DNA from: a virus | Taxonomy: Duplodnaviria > Caudoviricetes | Reading direction: 5' to 3' (one strand) | IMG/VR virus record: IMGVR_UViG_3300008110_000054 | Span: 1-59,742 of that record | DNA length: 59,742 nucleotides | Shown here: positions 44,126 to 52,402 of the stretch, piece by piece | Position numbering within the stretch: position 1 is the first letter of the stretch | Layout of the letters: each line of letters starts with the position of its first letter | The notes under the pieces: generated by a model | What the model saw: only the letters and a program-made list of their open reading frames with translations | Told to the model about the DNA's origin: nothing | Database searches by the model: none | Made by a program: the position numbers and the translations under genes

Positions 44126-46573
44126 TTAGTCAGCTGTGTCGCTGAGGTCACCGCTGAAGCCTTCTTCTGGGAATGGCTCAACAGTCTTCTGCTTAAGGAA
44201 CAGTACAACGTCGCCCACAGCTTCAAAAGCGTTTCTCAGAGACTCTTCCAGTTCTGGCATGTCGCGCTTGCCGTAGCGCTCTTGCATTTCATCTCCGTGC
44301 CAGTAGAAGCTGAACAGAATTCTACCAAGCCTGTCTACGCCTTTCATCAAGTCGCCAAGATACTTGTCCACGACAGAGTCACTACGAACGTTCTTTAGTA
44401 GTGAGCCGATCATGGTAGTGTCAAATACTTCCTTCTGGCCAGACTGTGCAGCTTGGTAGCCAAGAGCCATAGTCCTTGGGTCAGGCAACCGAGGGTCATA
44501 GATCTGCTCGTTACCTACCAAGTTAGCCGAAGTTGGAAGAACTGGCAGAGCTTCTTGCTGTGGGTAGATGGACTGAACGCTACCAAGCATGGTCTGCTCA
44601 AGACCAGAAGGAGGCGATGGGAAAGGAGGAGAGCCAGTGATTGACTGCATGGTCTGGTCGATTGGATCGCCAGGAGCAGCTTGCTTGGCAAACTCTACTA
44701 CATATTCAGGGAAGGCCACGCGGTAGTTGACTACCTTCTTGGCCTCTGCGTTGGCGATTACAGCCTTGGCCTGCTTCTCACGCAGCATGAAGTTCTGAAT
44801 CAGATGGGTCAGAGCGGCAATCTTGTCCATAGCCTTGCCGTTAATGCTGACTTCTGAGCCAGTATGGCGAACTTCCAAGCTGGAAGTCTTCTCAAAAATA
44901 GCCTTGTGTAGGTCTAGCTTGTTGCCATACTCCACAGCTGGCTTTTCGCTACGGTCGCCATGACCTTCGTAGTCCTTGGCTAGCTCGATTACCTTCATGC
45001 CCTTTGGCACATAAAACTCACCATGAAGGTTACGCATGCGCCCACCTTCTTTATTGGTGAAGTGCATAATGTCGGAGCAGCCGCAGCCGTAGCCTTCGCA
45101 GTCTACGCCATAACCCCAGTAAGTTTCCTTGTTACGATCTTCCAACTTAGGCAGGTGAGCTGGACGGTCTGCTGAGGACCAGTCCTTGAACTCTACCTTG
45201 AAGCTGGTTGAGGCGTCGTCTTCCTGAATCTTCTCTTTAACAAGGAAAGGAGTGGTTCCTTCCTTGCCAGGAGCGATAAGGATATACAGACCACCTTCTT
45301 TCATGGCGCTTGGTTCAGCGTCCTTGAGGCTGTCAAACAGCTCTTTGTATTCGTCCTTGTCTACGGCTTTTTCTCTGGTGACTAGGTTACCAGGATGGAT
45401 GTTAGTCCATTTCTTCTGGGAATCGTCTAGGTCGATAACAGTGGCAAAGTTTTTTGTGCCCTTGTTACCAACTGGTCCGTTGATTACCAGAGACTTGCAG
45501 AACGAACTGGGACGACAGAGTACGTCGTATATTCCAGTTTCTGTAGGACTTACTAGCTTAAGAGGCGTTTGGACCTCGTAAGCTATTGCGGTCTCTGGCC
45601 TTTCGTCGCGAACAGATATTCCGTCTGTAAGCAGCTCTTCTTTTTCTTTATCGGTTGGCTCAAAGCCAATACCACGCTGAGCCACAGTCTTAACGGTAAG
45701 AACGGCTACAGCTGCAGCCTTCTCACGCATGACTTTCTTTTCAACGTTGCCGTTGTAGGCTTCCATTACGCCCTTAGCGCGCTTTGGTGATTCGTCTTCT
45801 TCCTCTTCTCTATTTACTTGCTTCTGCTTTAGCCACTTAGGAGCCTTAGCTTCCTTTTGAGCAGCTTCAGCCATAGCTTGCTTGATGGTGTTCAGGTCGT
45901 AGAACTTGGAAATGGCTTCCCCGATAGCTGGGAACTGCTCAATACCCTTAAGCAGGCTGTGGACTACTTCCATACCAGCTTCTTTGAGGAAGTTAGGAAG
46001 AGTCAGGCCTTCTTCTGCTAGTGGGTTGCTAAGAGCGCAATAAGCAAAGGCAGCTTCGCCAGCTTCCATACCAGTAGCTGATGCAAACTTGGCTGGAGGA
46101 CGAGAGAAGGCCTGCAGGTCTGGAGACAGCACACCCAGACGCTGAAGGTTACGGTCAGTCTTGTCGCCCATTACGTTGGGACGACGCTGAAGGATGTAGT
46201 TCAGCCAGTTCTCTTTGAGAGGAACGAACTGATCCTGGTCTTTTAGATACAGAAGCTCTGTACCCTTCATGTCGCCATTAAGGAAAAAGACAGGAGCATA
46301 CAGCCACTGTCCACCAACCTTAAACCCAAAGATACCAATAGCTTTGGTGTTGTCTTCGTTACGATCCATCAGCTGGAAACCGACCTCATAGTCCAGCAGT
46401 GATGGAGCTTTGTCTTTAACAAAGGCGTGAGCCAAGTTAGAGAAAGCTTGTTCAAACTGAGTGTCGTTACCGTCGCCGCCTAGAGTAGCCTTTTTCTCGA
46501 AGATGGAAATACCATCATTCATCAAGGAACGGCACTCGTTTAGATGGCGTTGTGTTTCTTTTGAAAGGGGCAT
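44126..46573 (-). CDS. Large head-associated protein of unknown function
   Basis: 815 aa; GAGGTG RBS; N-terminal leader ending EKKA and internal KFAS/EKAA/EKTS/KQAA. Confidence 0.6.
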   Translation of the reverse strand: MPLSKETQRHLNECRSLMNDGISIFEKKATLGGDGNDTQFEQAFSNLAHAFVKDKAPSLLDYEVGFQLMDRNEDNTKAIGIFGFKVGGQWLYAPVFFLNGDMKGTELLYLKDQDQFVPLKENWLNYILQRRPNVMGDKTDRNLQRLGVLSPDLQAFSRPPAKFASATGMEAGEAAFAYCALSNPLAEEGLTLPNFLKEAGMEVVHSLLKGIEQFPAIGEAISKFYDLNTIKQAMAEAAQKEAKAPKWLKQKQVNREEEEDESPKRAKGVMEAYNGNVEKKVMREKAAAVAVLTVKTVAQRGIGFEPTDKEKEELLTDGISVRDERPETAIAYEVQTPLKLVSPTETGIYDVLCRPSSFCKSLVINGPVGNKGTKNFATVIDLDDSQKKWTNIHPGNLVTREKAVDKDEYKELFDSLKDAEPSAMKEGGLYILIAPGKEGTTPFLVKEKIQEDDASTSFKVEFKDWSSADRPAHLPKLEDRNKETYWGYGVDCEGYGCGCSDIMHFTNKEGGRMRNLHGEFYVPKGMKVIELAKDYEGHGDRSEKPAVEYGNKLDLHKAIFEKTSSLEVRHTGSEVSINGKAMDKIAALTHLIQNFMLREKQAKAVIANAEAKKVVNYRVAFPEYVVEFAKQAAPGDPIDQTMQSITGSPPFPSPPSGLEQTMLGSVQSIYPQQEALPVLPTSANLVGNEQIYDPRLPDPRTMALGYQAAQSGQKEVFDTTMIGSLLKNVRSDSVVDKYLGDLMKGVDRLGRILFSFYWHGDEMQERYGKRDMPELEESLRNAFEAVGDVVLFLKQKTVEPFPEEGFSGDLSDTAD

Positions 46574-46606
46574 AGCCGCACCTCAGATTAGTTGTTCCTA
46601 TTTAAA

Positions 46607-46635
46607 ACTCTATCGCTAATCAAAAATTGTGTCTA
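46607..46635 (-). promoter_or_regulatory. Candidate promoter TAGACA-N17-TAGAGT
   Basis: Intergenic, sigma70-like spacing, upstream of 44126-46573. Confidence 0.45.
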
Positions 46636-46645
46636 TACCGCAGCC

Positions 46646-47086
46646 TTAACCTACTTTAGCGTTAGCAGTGCTATTAGCAGGTGGTTGTATAGCAGGTGTT
46701 GGCGTATTAGGCTGTATAGGCGCGTTAGTAGGAGCTGGAGTAGCTTGAGGAGCTACTTGCCCAGGCCCTGCAGGCTGAGCTGGCGGTTTAGCTTGCTGGT
46801 TGTAGTTACCGAATCCTCCAGCAGTTAACGTCTGAAGGTTTTCACCACCTCTAAACATATCAAGCATTCCAGCCATACCTGGAATGCCTGCTACAGCACC
46901 CACACCTTTGAACAAAGGAGCTGCCATGCCCATGTAAGGCATCATGGACTTCATGTCCATGCCCTTAAACATGCCAGACCCTTGGTCGTACAAGTACTTT
47001 ATTATGGACATCAGATCGAACTCTGATGTCTTAACAAAGTTAGCAGCTGCTTCCTTTGCTAGTCTGTCTATTAACTGCTTGTCCAT
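46646..47086 (-). CDS. Candidate internal head protein (Met/Gly-rich, Pro/Gln tail)
   Basis: Leader ending KEAAANFVKTS; Cys-free; low complexity. Confidence 0.55.
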   Translation of the reverse strand: MDKQLIDRLAKEAAANFVKTSEFDLMSIIKYLYDQGSGMFKGMDMKSMMPYMGMAAPLFKGVGAVAGIPGMAGMLDMFRGGENLQTLTAGGFGNYNQQAKPPAQPAGPGQVAPQATPAPTNAPIQPNTPTPAIQPPANSTANAKVG

Positions 47087-47088
47087 GG

Positions 47089-49983
47089 TTACTTCTTTGA
47101 CTCTTTCTTTTTTGTTTCAGTTTCGCCAGCTGGCTTGCAGCTGTCTTCGCTGTATGGCTTCTTACCAGGAACTGGAACATAGCCTTTCCAGCAGCGAGCT
47201 TCTTTAAGTACGTTAGCCAATTTCTCAGAAGCGCTTCCGCATTTCCATTTGCGTAGAGCCTTGTTGATGCGGCTATCTGGATCGTTAGCGGTCTCCTCCG
47301 AAGTCAGCTTGGCCTTCATGCCTTTCATACGAGCGCAGAAGCTGTCTTTACGAGGACCGCCTTCAGGCTGAGGGCGCTTGATGTCGTGGCCTTGAGCTTT
47401 CAGGCTGGCTCTGCCCTTGTCGTTCAAGCCGCCAGACTCACTCTTGCCTTCAGAAGTCTGCCAGGCTGGAGCTGCTGTCTTCTCAGACTCTTCAGTTACC
47501 TTCTTCCAGTTCTTAGCGTCTGGGTAGTCCTTGTCTCCAGGCTTGGCTGGGGATTCTCCCCTTTGCCTTTTAGCATGAATATTTGCCCACAGCCCTGGCT
47601 TAGCAGCTGCGGCCTTTTCCTTTTTATCCTTAGTATCCTTTTTGGTTTCTTCTTTAGCCGTTTCCTCTTCTTCGGTAAACAGCTCTGGATAACTAGCGCG
47701 AATAGCGTCTTCTTTGGTGCGTCCTCGTAGCTTGTCATAGATTACTTCTGGCAATCCTCTAGGAAAGCTTCTAGTAATTCCTGTTCTGCGAGGATGGTTC
47801 CATCTAAAGCCCAGATAGGGGTTTACGCCAATTTCTGATCCAGGATCAGCGTTCACTCCTATTTGAAAACCTTTGTTAGGGCCTCCGATGTCTAGGCCTC
47901 CAATAGGAATAGGTAGAACGCCTAGCAGGTTTGTATACCCAAGCTCGCCACCCACACCTAGGCCTTTGGGATGTAGACCCAAGCTGCCGCCGCCCCAAGC
48001 AAGAAAAGCTTTTTTATCAGCAGCAGTCTTATCGCTAATTAGGGGTAGAGACTTCTTCAGGTCGCCTGAAGTAAGGATGCCGTAGTCTCTAAGCAGGTTA
48101 GCTGTAGCGAGAAGCTTCTTGTTTTTTTCTCTGGCAGACAGACCGCCTATAGCTGCGCCAGCGCCACCGCCAGCCAGAGCGCTGGTAGCGATGGTAGCTG
48201 GAGATCCTCCAGTTAGGTAGCTAAGAAGTCCCATTGGTACAGCACCAGCGAGGCCGTAGCCGATGGCTCGTCCTTTAGGGCTGGCTTTTACTTTGGCAAG
48301 ATTTAACTTGCCAGCTGGGTCTTCGTCGGATTTGCTAGCTATTTCGGAAGCTAGGTTCTCAAAGCCACCCCTGTCTACGCCGTACATTTTCAAATCTTCG
48401 TTGGTAGGTCTGGCAATAGCTCTAGCCTGCATAAGCATGTTTAGAGCGTGCCCCATAAGAGCACCTCTGCCACCTTGGGAAATGTCAGCCATAGAAGACA
48501 GATTCAAGTTGCGAGCTTGCTTTTGAGACGCAGCCTTACGAATTTTTGGCTTTTCTTGGCTGTCTGATTCTTCTTTGGCTTTTCTTTCTGCTTCTTGGTC
48601 TTCGAGCTCTTGACCCTTACCAGCTGCCATGCCCAAGACTTTACCAGCCACCAAGCCAGGAAGCGGCATTCCCATGGTCAGACCGCCAAGATAGCTGCCG
48701 AAACCTGCTGGTAGCACTTCCCAACGTCTCTTAACTCGTTCCTTGTATTCTGGCGAGTCTTTGCCTAGAACTTCTTCAAGTGCTCTGTGACTTAGCTGGT
48801 TAGCCCTGGCTTCCTGTAAAAGCATAGACACTGGATTAAGCCCGTAGCTTACGGAATACAAATCGTGAGCTAAGCCTTTGGCTTGCCTTTTCAAAAACCC
48901 ATCATCTTTAGAGCCTGGCCTTATGCCGTACAGCCTGTTGTGGTCCAAAGCGTGGCCTAGTTCGTGCTGTAGGATAGCGTGTTCGTTTGCGTATTCGCTG
49001 ATAGTATCGGTAACTGGGTTGTAGTGAGAACCTCTAACCAACGGAGTAGTCAACGACGCTGCAAGAACACCAGGAGCGCCTAGCAGTTTAGAAATTAAAC
49101 CTGTTTTCTTATTGTGAAAAGTTCTACCACCAACTCTCTTGTACCAAGGGTCGTTTTCGCCTCTGTTCTTCTTCCAAATCAAATCATCAATTAAATTGGT
49201 ACCGCCTAACCTGACTACGGTGTCAGAAAGAGCTTCTGGATCATACTTAGCTATAGTTTCTGCTTCTTCTTTGTTTTTATTGAATTTTTCTTCATCTTTC
49301 CAGAAAATGCCTTTTCTAGAAGGGTCTACATAAGTGTTCTTTGAAAGAAGAAGGTTAGGCAAAGACCCAGGATTAACACGACCAACTGTGCTGGCTACCA
49401 ATCTGCTAATTGGGCCGCCTTCTTCTACATACAAAGCTTTTTTCTGCAACTCAGCTGCCTTTTTACCCATGAATCCAGCGATAGTGTTGTATACAGGATC
49501 GATACCGCCAGCGGCTGCGCCCAGACCACCACCGAGTAGACCGCCAGTTAGAGCGCTTGAGAGCAGCCCACGCTTCTTTTTCTTGTTGCCTTCTTCGTCT
49601 TCGTCACTACCGAACATGCTGCTAAGAGCACCAATGCCTGCTCCACCTAGCATGCCAATACCCGCGCCGCCCAGTGCTCTAAGGGCGCGCAATCTGTTTT
49701 CTCTGCTTAGATTGTTAGTCATGAAGTTAGTAGCTGCTTGTGGGAGCATACCAGCTACAGTGCCTTCAAAGCTGTCTAACTTCAAAGGACGTGCGTCAAT
49801 GGCTTTGGCTTTGTCAGCAATGCTTTTACCGAAACCCTTAATGTTGTCAAGCAAGCCTTGAGTTACTTGTGGCCCTAACTTGCTTGCGTTATTCGCAATG
49901 TTAGTGCCAGTCTGCACAGCTTTAGTAATGGCTGGGATGCCTAGGCTAACGGCTGCTGGAAACAAAGCTTGCTTGTCGTTCAT
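47089..49983 (-). CDS. Modular internal head polyprotein: Gly zippers, HExxH zincin-like domain, small C-terminal modules
   Basis: ILQHELGHALDH plus downstream EARAN; GLWANIHAKR, SFCARM..KALRKWKC and CWKGY modules; KxA linkers. Confidence 0.7.
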   Translation of the reverse strand: MNDKQALFPAAVSLGIPAITKAVQTGTNIANNASKLGPQVTQGLLDNIKGFGKSIADKAKAIDARPLKLDSFEGTVAGMLPQAATNFMTNNLSRENRLRALRALGGAGIGMLGGAGIGALSSMFGSDEDEEGNKKKKRGLLSSALTGGLLGGGLGAAAGGIDPVYNTIAGFMGKKAAELQKKALYVEEGGPISRLVASTVGRVNPGSLPNLLLSKNTYVDPSRKGIFWKDEEKFNKNKEEAETIAKYDPEALSDTVVRLGGTNLIDDLIWKKNRGENDPWYKRVGGRTFHNKKTGLISKLLGAPGVLAASLTTPLVRGSHYNPVTDTISEYANEHAILQHELGHALDHNRLYGIRPGSKDDGFLKRQAKGLAHDLYSVSYGLNPVSMLLQEARANQLSHRALEEVLGKDSPEYKERVKRRWEVLPAGFGSYLGGLTMGMPLPGLVAGKVLGMAAGKGQELEDQEAERKAKEESDSQEKPKIRKAASQKQARNLNLSSMADISQGGRGALMGHALNMLMQARAIARPTNEDLKMYGVDRGGFENLASEIASKSDEDPAGKLNLAKVKASPKGRAIGYGLAGAVPMGLLSYLTGGSPATIATSALAGGGAGAAIGGLSAREKNKKLLATANLLRDYGILTSGDLKKSLPLISDKTAADKKAFLAWGGGSLGLHPKGLGVGGELGYTNLLGVLPIPIGGLDIGGPNKGFQIGVNADPGSEIGVNPYLGFRWNHPRRTGITRSFPRGLPEVIYDKLRGRTKEDAIRASYPELFTEEEETAKEETKKDTKDKKEKAAAAKPGLWANIHAKRQRGESPAKPGDKDYPDAKNWKKVTEESEKTAAPAWQTSEGKSESGGLNDKGRASLKAQGHDIKRPQPEGGPRKDSFCARMKGMKAKLTSEETANDPDSRINKALRKWKCGSASEKLANVLKEARCWKGYVPVPGKKPYSEDSCKPAGETETKKKESKK

Positions 49984-50008
49984 GGTTAAACTCCAAATGT
50001 ATTCCTAT

Positions 50009-50038
50009 ATCTTAGCAGTGAGTTAAACTATCTATCAA
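50009..50038 (-). promoter_or_regulatory. Candidate promoter TTGATA-N18 (or TAGATA-N14)-TAAGAT, TG-extended
   Basis: AT-rich intergenic gap upstream of the polyprotein gene. Confidence 0.4.
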
Positions 50039-50045
50039 TTGTTAA

Positions 50046-51953
50046 TCAAAGAACGCCAGTGCTCTCGTTAGGCTTAGCTATTTCTTTAGGGTCAAAGCCT
50101 TTTATTTTTCCGCTTTGACCGAAACCTACAGACTTGGCTAGAGAAGGTACAAAAGATGTACCAGACTCATCAGCTATGCCTCCAGCCCACACGCTTTTTA
50201 GCGTGCCCTTCTGTAGATTGGACCCCAACATTCTTGTCATCCAATCTGGATCATACTGCAAATTGTCCAAACCTCGCAAGAAGTGAGGCTCAAATGGAGG
50301 AGGCTCTTGGTGAGCTGTAACCTCCTTAATGCCAAACTCATCTAGTTCCTTGATTACTGACGGCGTAAGCCTGGTACCTACGCTGTAGTGAAGAGTAGGT
50401 CGTTCTAGGTATCGGTTACGAAGATTCTTGGGTGCGCCAACTTGATAACCGTCTCTAGGCTTCCAGCTGCGCTCAAACATGTCATAAGGAATCACATCTT
50501 CTGGCATGTTCTCCCCAACTTCGTCAGTAAGACGAATATGGTTGATAAGCCCTCTGGAGAGAACTTCTATATTACGTCTGTTAGCTCCAAGCCCAGCATC
50601 TTGCATGGACTTCCTGAAAGCATTAACAAACTGCCTTCGGCCTTCGCCTAGTCCTTTGTGTCTTACGAACTCCGCTGGGTTTGGTACACCGTCAGTCAAT
50701 ATGTCCCCAGCTTCTACCTCATCTCCAACTTTGTAATTTATTGCAGCGTCAGGGTTTACGTAATGCTGCATGCCTTTGATAGTTAAAAAATAGCCGCCTG
50801 TTGGAGCTGGCTTGATCTCGTCAATCTTGCCGTCTGCCTGAGCGTGGGTAGCCCAGTACGGAGATTGCTTTGGAGATTGAATTAGCTGGTTAAGGACTTT
50901 AAACCCAGAGATGGACTTACCACCAGCCACGCCACCTGAGTGTTTGGAAGATAGAGTGCCTTGGCTGATAGGCTCGCCTAGCGCTTGCGCTGCAGCGATG
51001 CCAACAAAGTCGCCAGTCCCAGGAAGGCCGCCACGTTCACGTATTCCCACATCTCTCGCATACAGCCCACCGTCTGGTGATCCCATAGCTACAGGACTTC
51101 TGACAGCTATTCTCTTAACGCCAAGGTCTTGAATAGCCTTCATTACCTTGGGAGTAAGAACTGTATTTCTTTTATAGGGACCCACTGGAATAGCTAAAAG
51201 AGCGCCTTCGTTATCTGGGTCGTCTACGTCTACTGGCATGCCTCTGGTAGCCGCGTACTCGTCATCTTCAGCGTCCCTGCCTGTGACGATTAGTCTGTGG
51301 CCTAGCTGGTTAAGTTGTTTGGAGAAAAACCCAGAGTGCTGTACAGCAAACTTGGTATCTACCACACCCTTACGAGCGCCGAAGCTGCCAGCAAAGTACT
51401 CAGCTGGAGTAAGCCCAGAGCTAAACGAGTTAAGCACTGGAATAGGAATGGCTCTATCACGGTGATCGGTGTAGAGCAGGTCACCGCCACGTAGAGACTT
51501 GAGGTTACCAGGTTTACCTCTAGAGCCTGACAATACCTGAAGAGCCAAGGGGTTCTGCTCAGCCTTGGACTCTTCCATAATGTCTTTTTCTAGCTTTGAC
51601 TGGTAGCCGAGCACAGTCTCGATAATTTTGTCGTTTTTAGCCTTATCGTCAAGAAGTGGGTTGCGCTGAATGTCTCGAACTTTAGCTTTTATTTCTAAAT
51701 TAGCTTTCTTAGCTGACACAGCTGTGCTGAGAGAGTCCAAACCAAACGAGAAGCCACCAGTTGTATAGGCTACATCTCTGCCTACATCAAACATTTTCTT
51801 TAGAACTGGTCTGTAGTTGTCTGGATCGTTCTCTGCTATGTCCTGAAGAATTTTCTGTACGGTCTTACCGTCCATAACGCGATTGTAATCGCGGTACTTC
51901 TCTGGAAGCGCCTCGTTTACAAGGAGTTGTCCTATGGTGGCTTTAACTGGCAT
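50046..51953 (-). CDS. rpoC: RNA polymerase beta' subunit, C-terminal half (bridge helix, trigger loop, jaw)
   Basis: ATIGQLLVN, SGSRG, F.SGLTPAEYF.GS.GARKGVVDT, VRSP, GIAAAQALGEPISQGTLSSKHSGG, V.AGD.LTDG, RNIEV. Confidence 0.96.
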   Translation of the reverse strand: MPVKATIGQLLVNEALPEKYRDYNRVMDGKTVQKILQDIAENDPDNYRPVLKKMFDVGRDVAYTTGGFSFGLDSLSTAVSAKKANLEIKAKVRDIQRNPLLDDKAKNDKIIETVLGYQSKLEKDIMEESKAEQNPLALQVLSGSRGKPGNLKSLRGGDLLYTDHRDRAIPIPVLNSFSSGLTPAEYFAGSFGARKGVVDTKFAVQHSGFFSKQLNQLGHRLIVTGRDAEDDEYAATRGMPVDVDDPDNEGALLAIPVGPYKRNTVLTPKVMKAIQDLGVKRIAVRSPVAMGSPDGGLYARDVGIRERGGLPGTGDFVGIAAAQALGEPISQGTLSSKHSGGVAGGKSISGFKVLNQLIQSPKQSPYWATHAQADGKIDEIKPAPTGGYFLTIKGMQHYVNPDAAINYKVGDEVEAGDILTDGVPNPAEFVRHKGLGEGRRQFVNAFRKSMQDAGLGANRRNIEVLSRGLINHIRLTDEVGENMPEDVIPYDMFERSWKPRDGYQVGAPKNLRNRYLERPTLHYSVGTRLTPSVIKELDEFGIKEVTAHQEPPPFEPHFLRGLDNLQYDPDWMTRMLGSNLQKGTLKSVWAGGIADESGTSFVPSLAKSVGFGQSGKIKGFDPKEIAKPNESTGVL

Positions 51954-51976
51954 ATCTGTGTACCCGCGTGTAGTAT

Positions 51977-52387
51977 TTAAGCCAGAGCTTGAGCAGCTTC
52001 TTTTTTACTTATTATGCCAAGAGCAACCATAGCCTGAACACCAGCAATTGTTCTTGGATCTGTTAGAACAATCTCGTCAGCTGCCAACATCTTGTCATAC
52101 CACAATTTAACTAAGTCGTTTGATTTGGTGGCTGTAACTACTTTTAGTTGAGTTTCTTGGCTAAACCTTTCCATAAACTGCAGTGAAGACAGCTTCTCTA
52201 CCCCACTAGACGGTGGGGCAGGAAAGTCTAGACCTAGCAAGTCTATTTGCGCTTCGCACTCTTCTTCGGTAGCAGCTTCAAAAATGCTATGTATCGATTC
52301 AGTCAACCCTTCTGACTCAAATAGTGATATAACAGTGCTGCCGTCGTGAACAAGACGCCAACTTTTTGCTGGACCAACTACAGGCAT
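51977..52387 (-). CDS. Fibre-associated small protein (chaperone-like)
   Basis: LS.LQF.ERF......I.L.DPRT..G...L...GI pattern commonly seen after phage fibre genes. Confidence 0.5.
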   Translation of the reverse strand: MPVVGPAKSWRLVHDGSTVISLFESEGLTESIHSIFEAATEEECEAQIDLLGLDFPAPPSSGVEKLSSLQFMERFSQETQLKVVTATKSNDLVKLWYDKMLAADEIVLTDPRTIAGVQAMVALGIISKKEAAQALA

Positions 52388-52402
52388 CGCTAATACTCCG
52401 TA

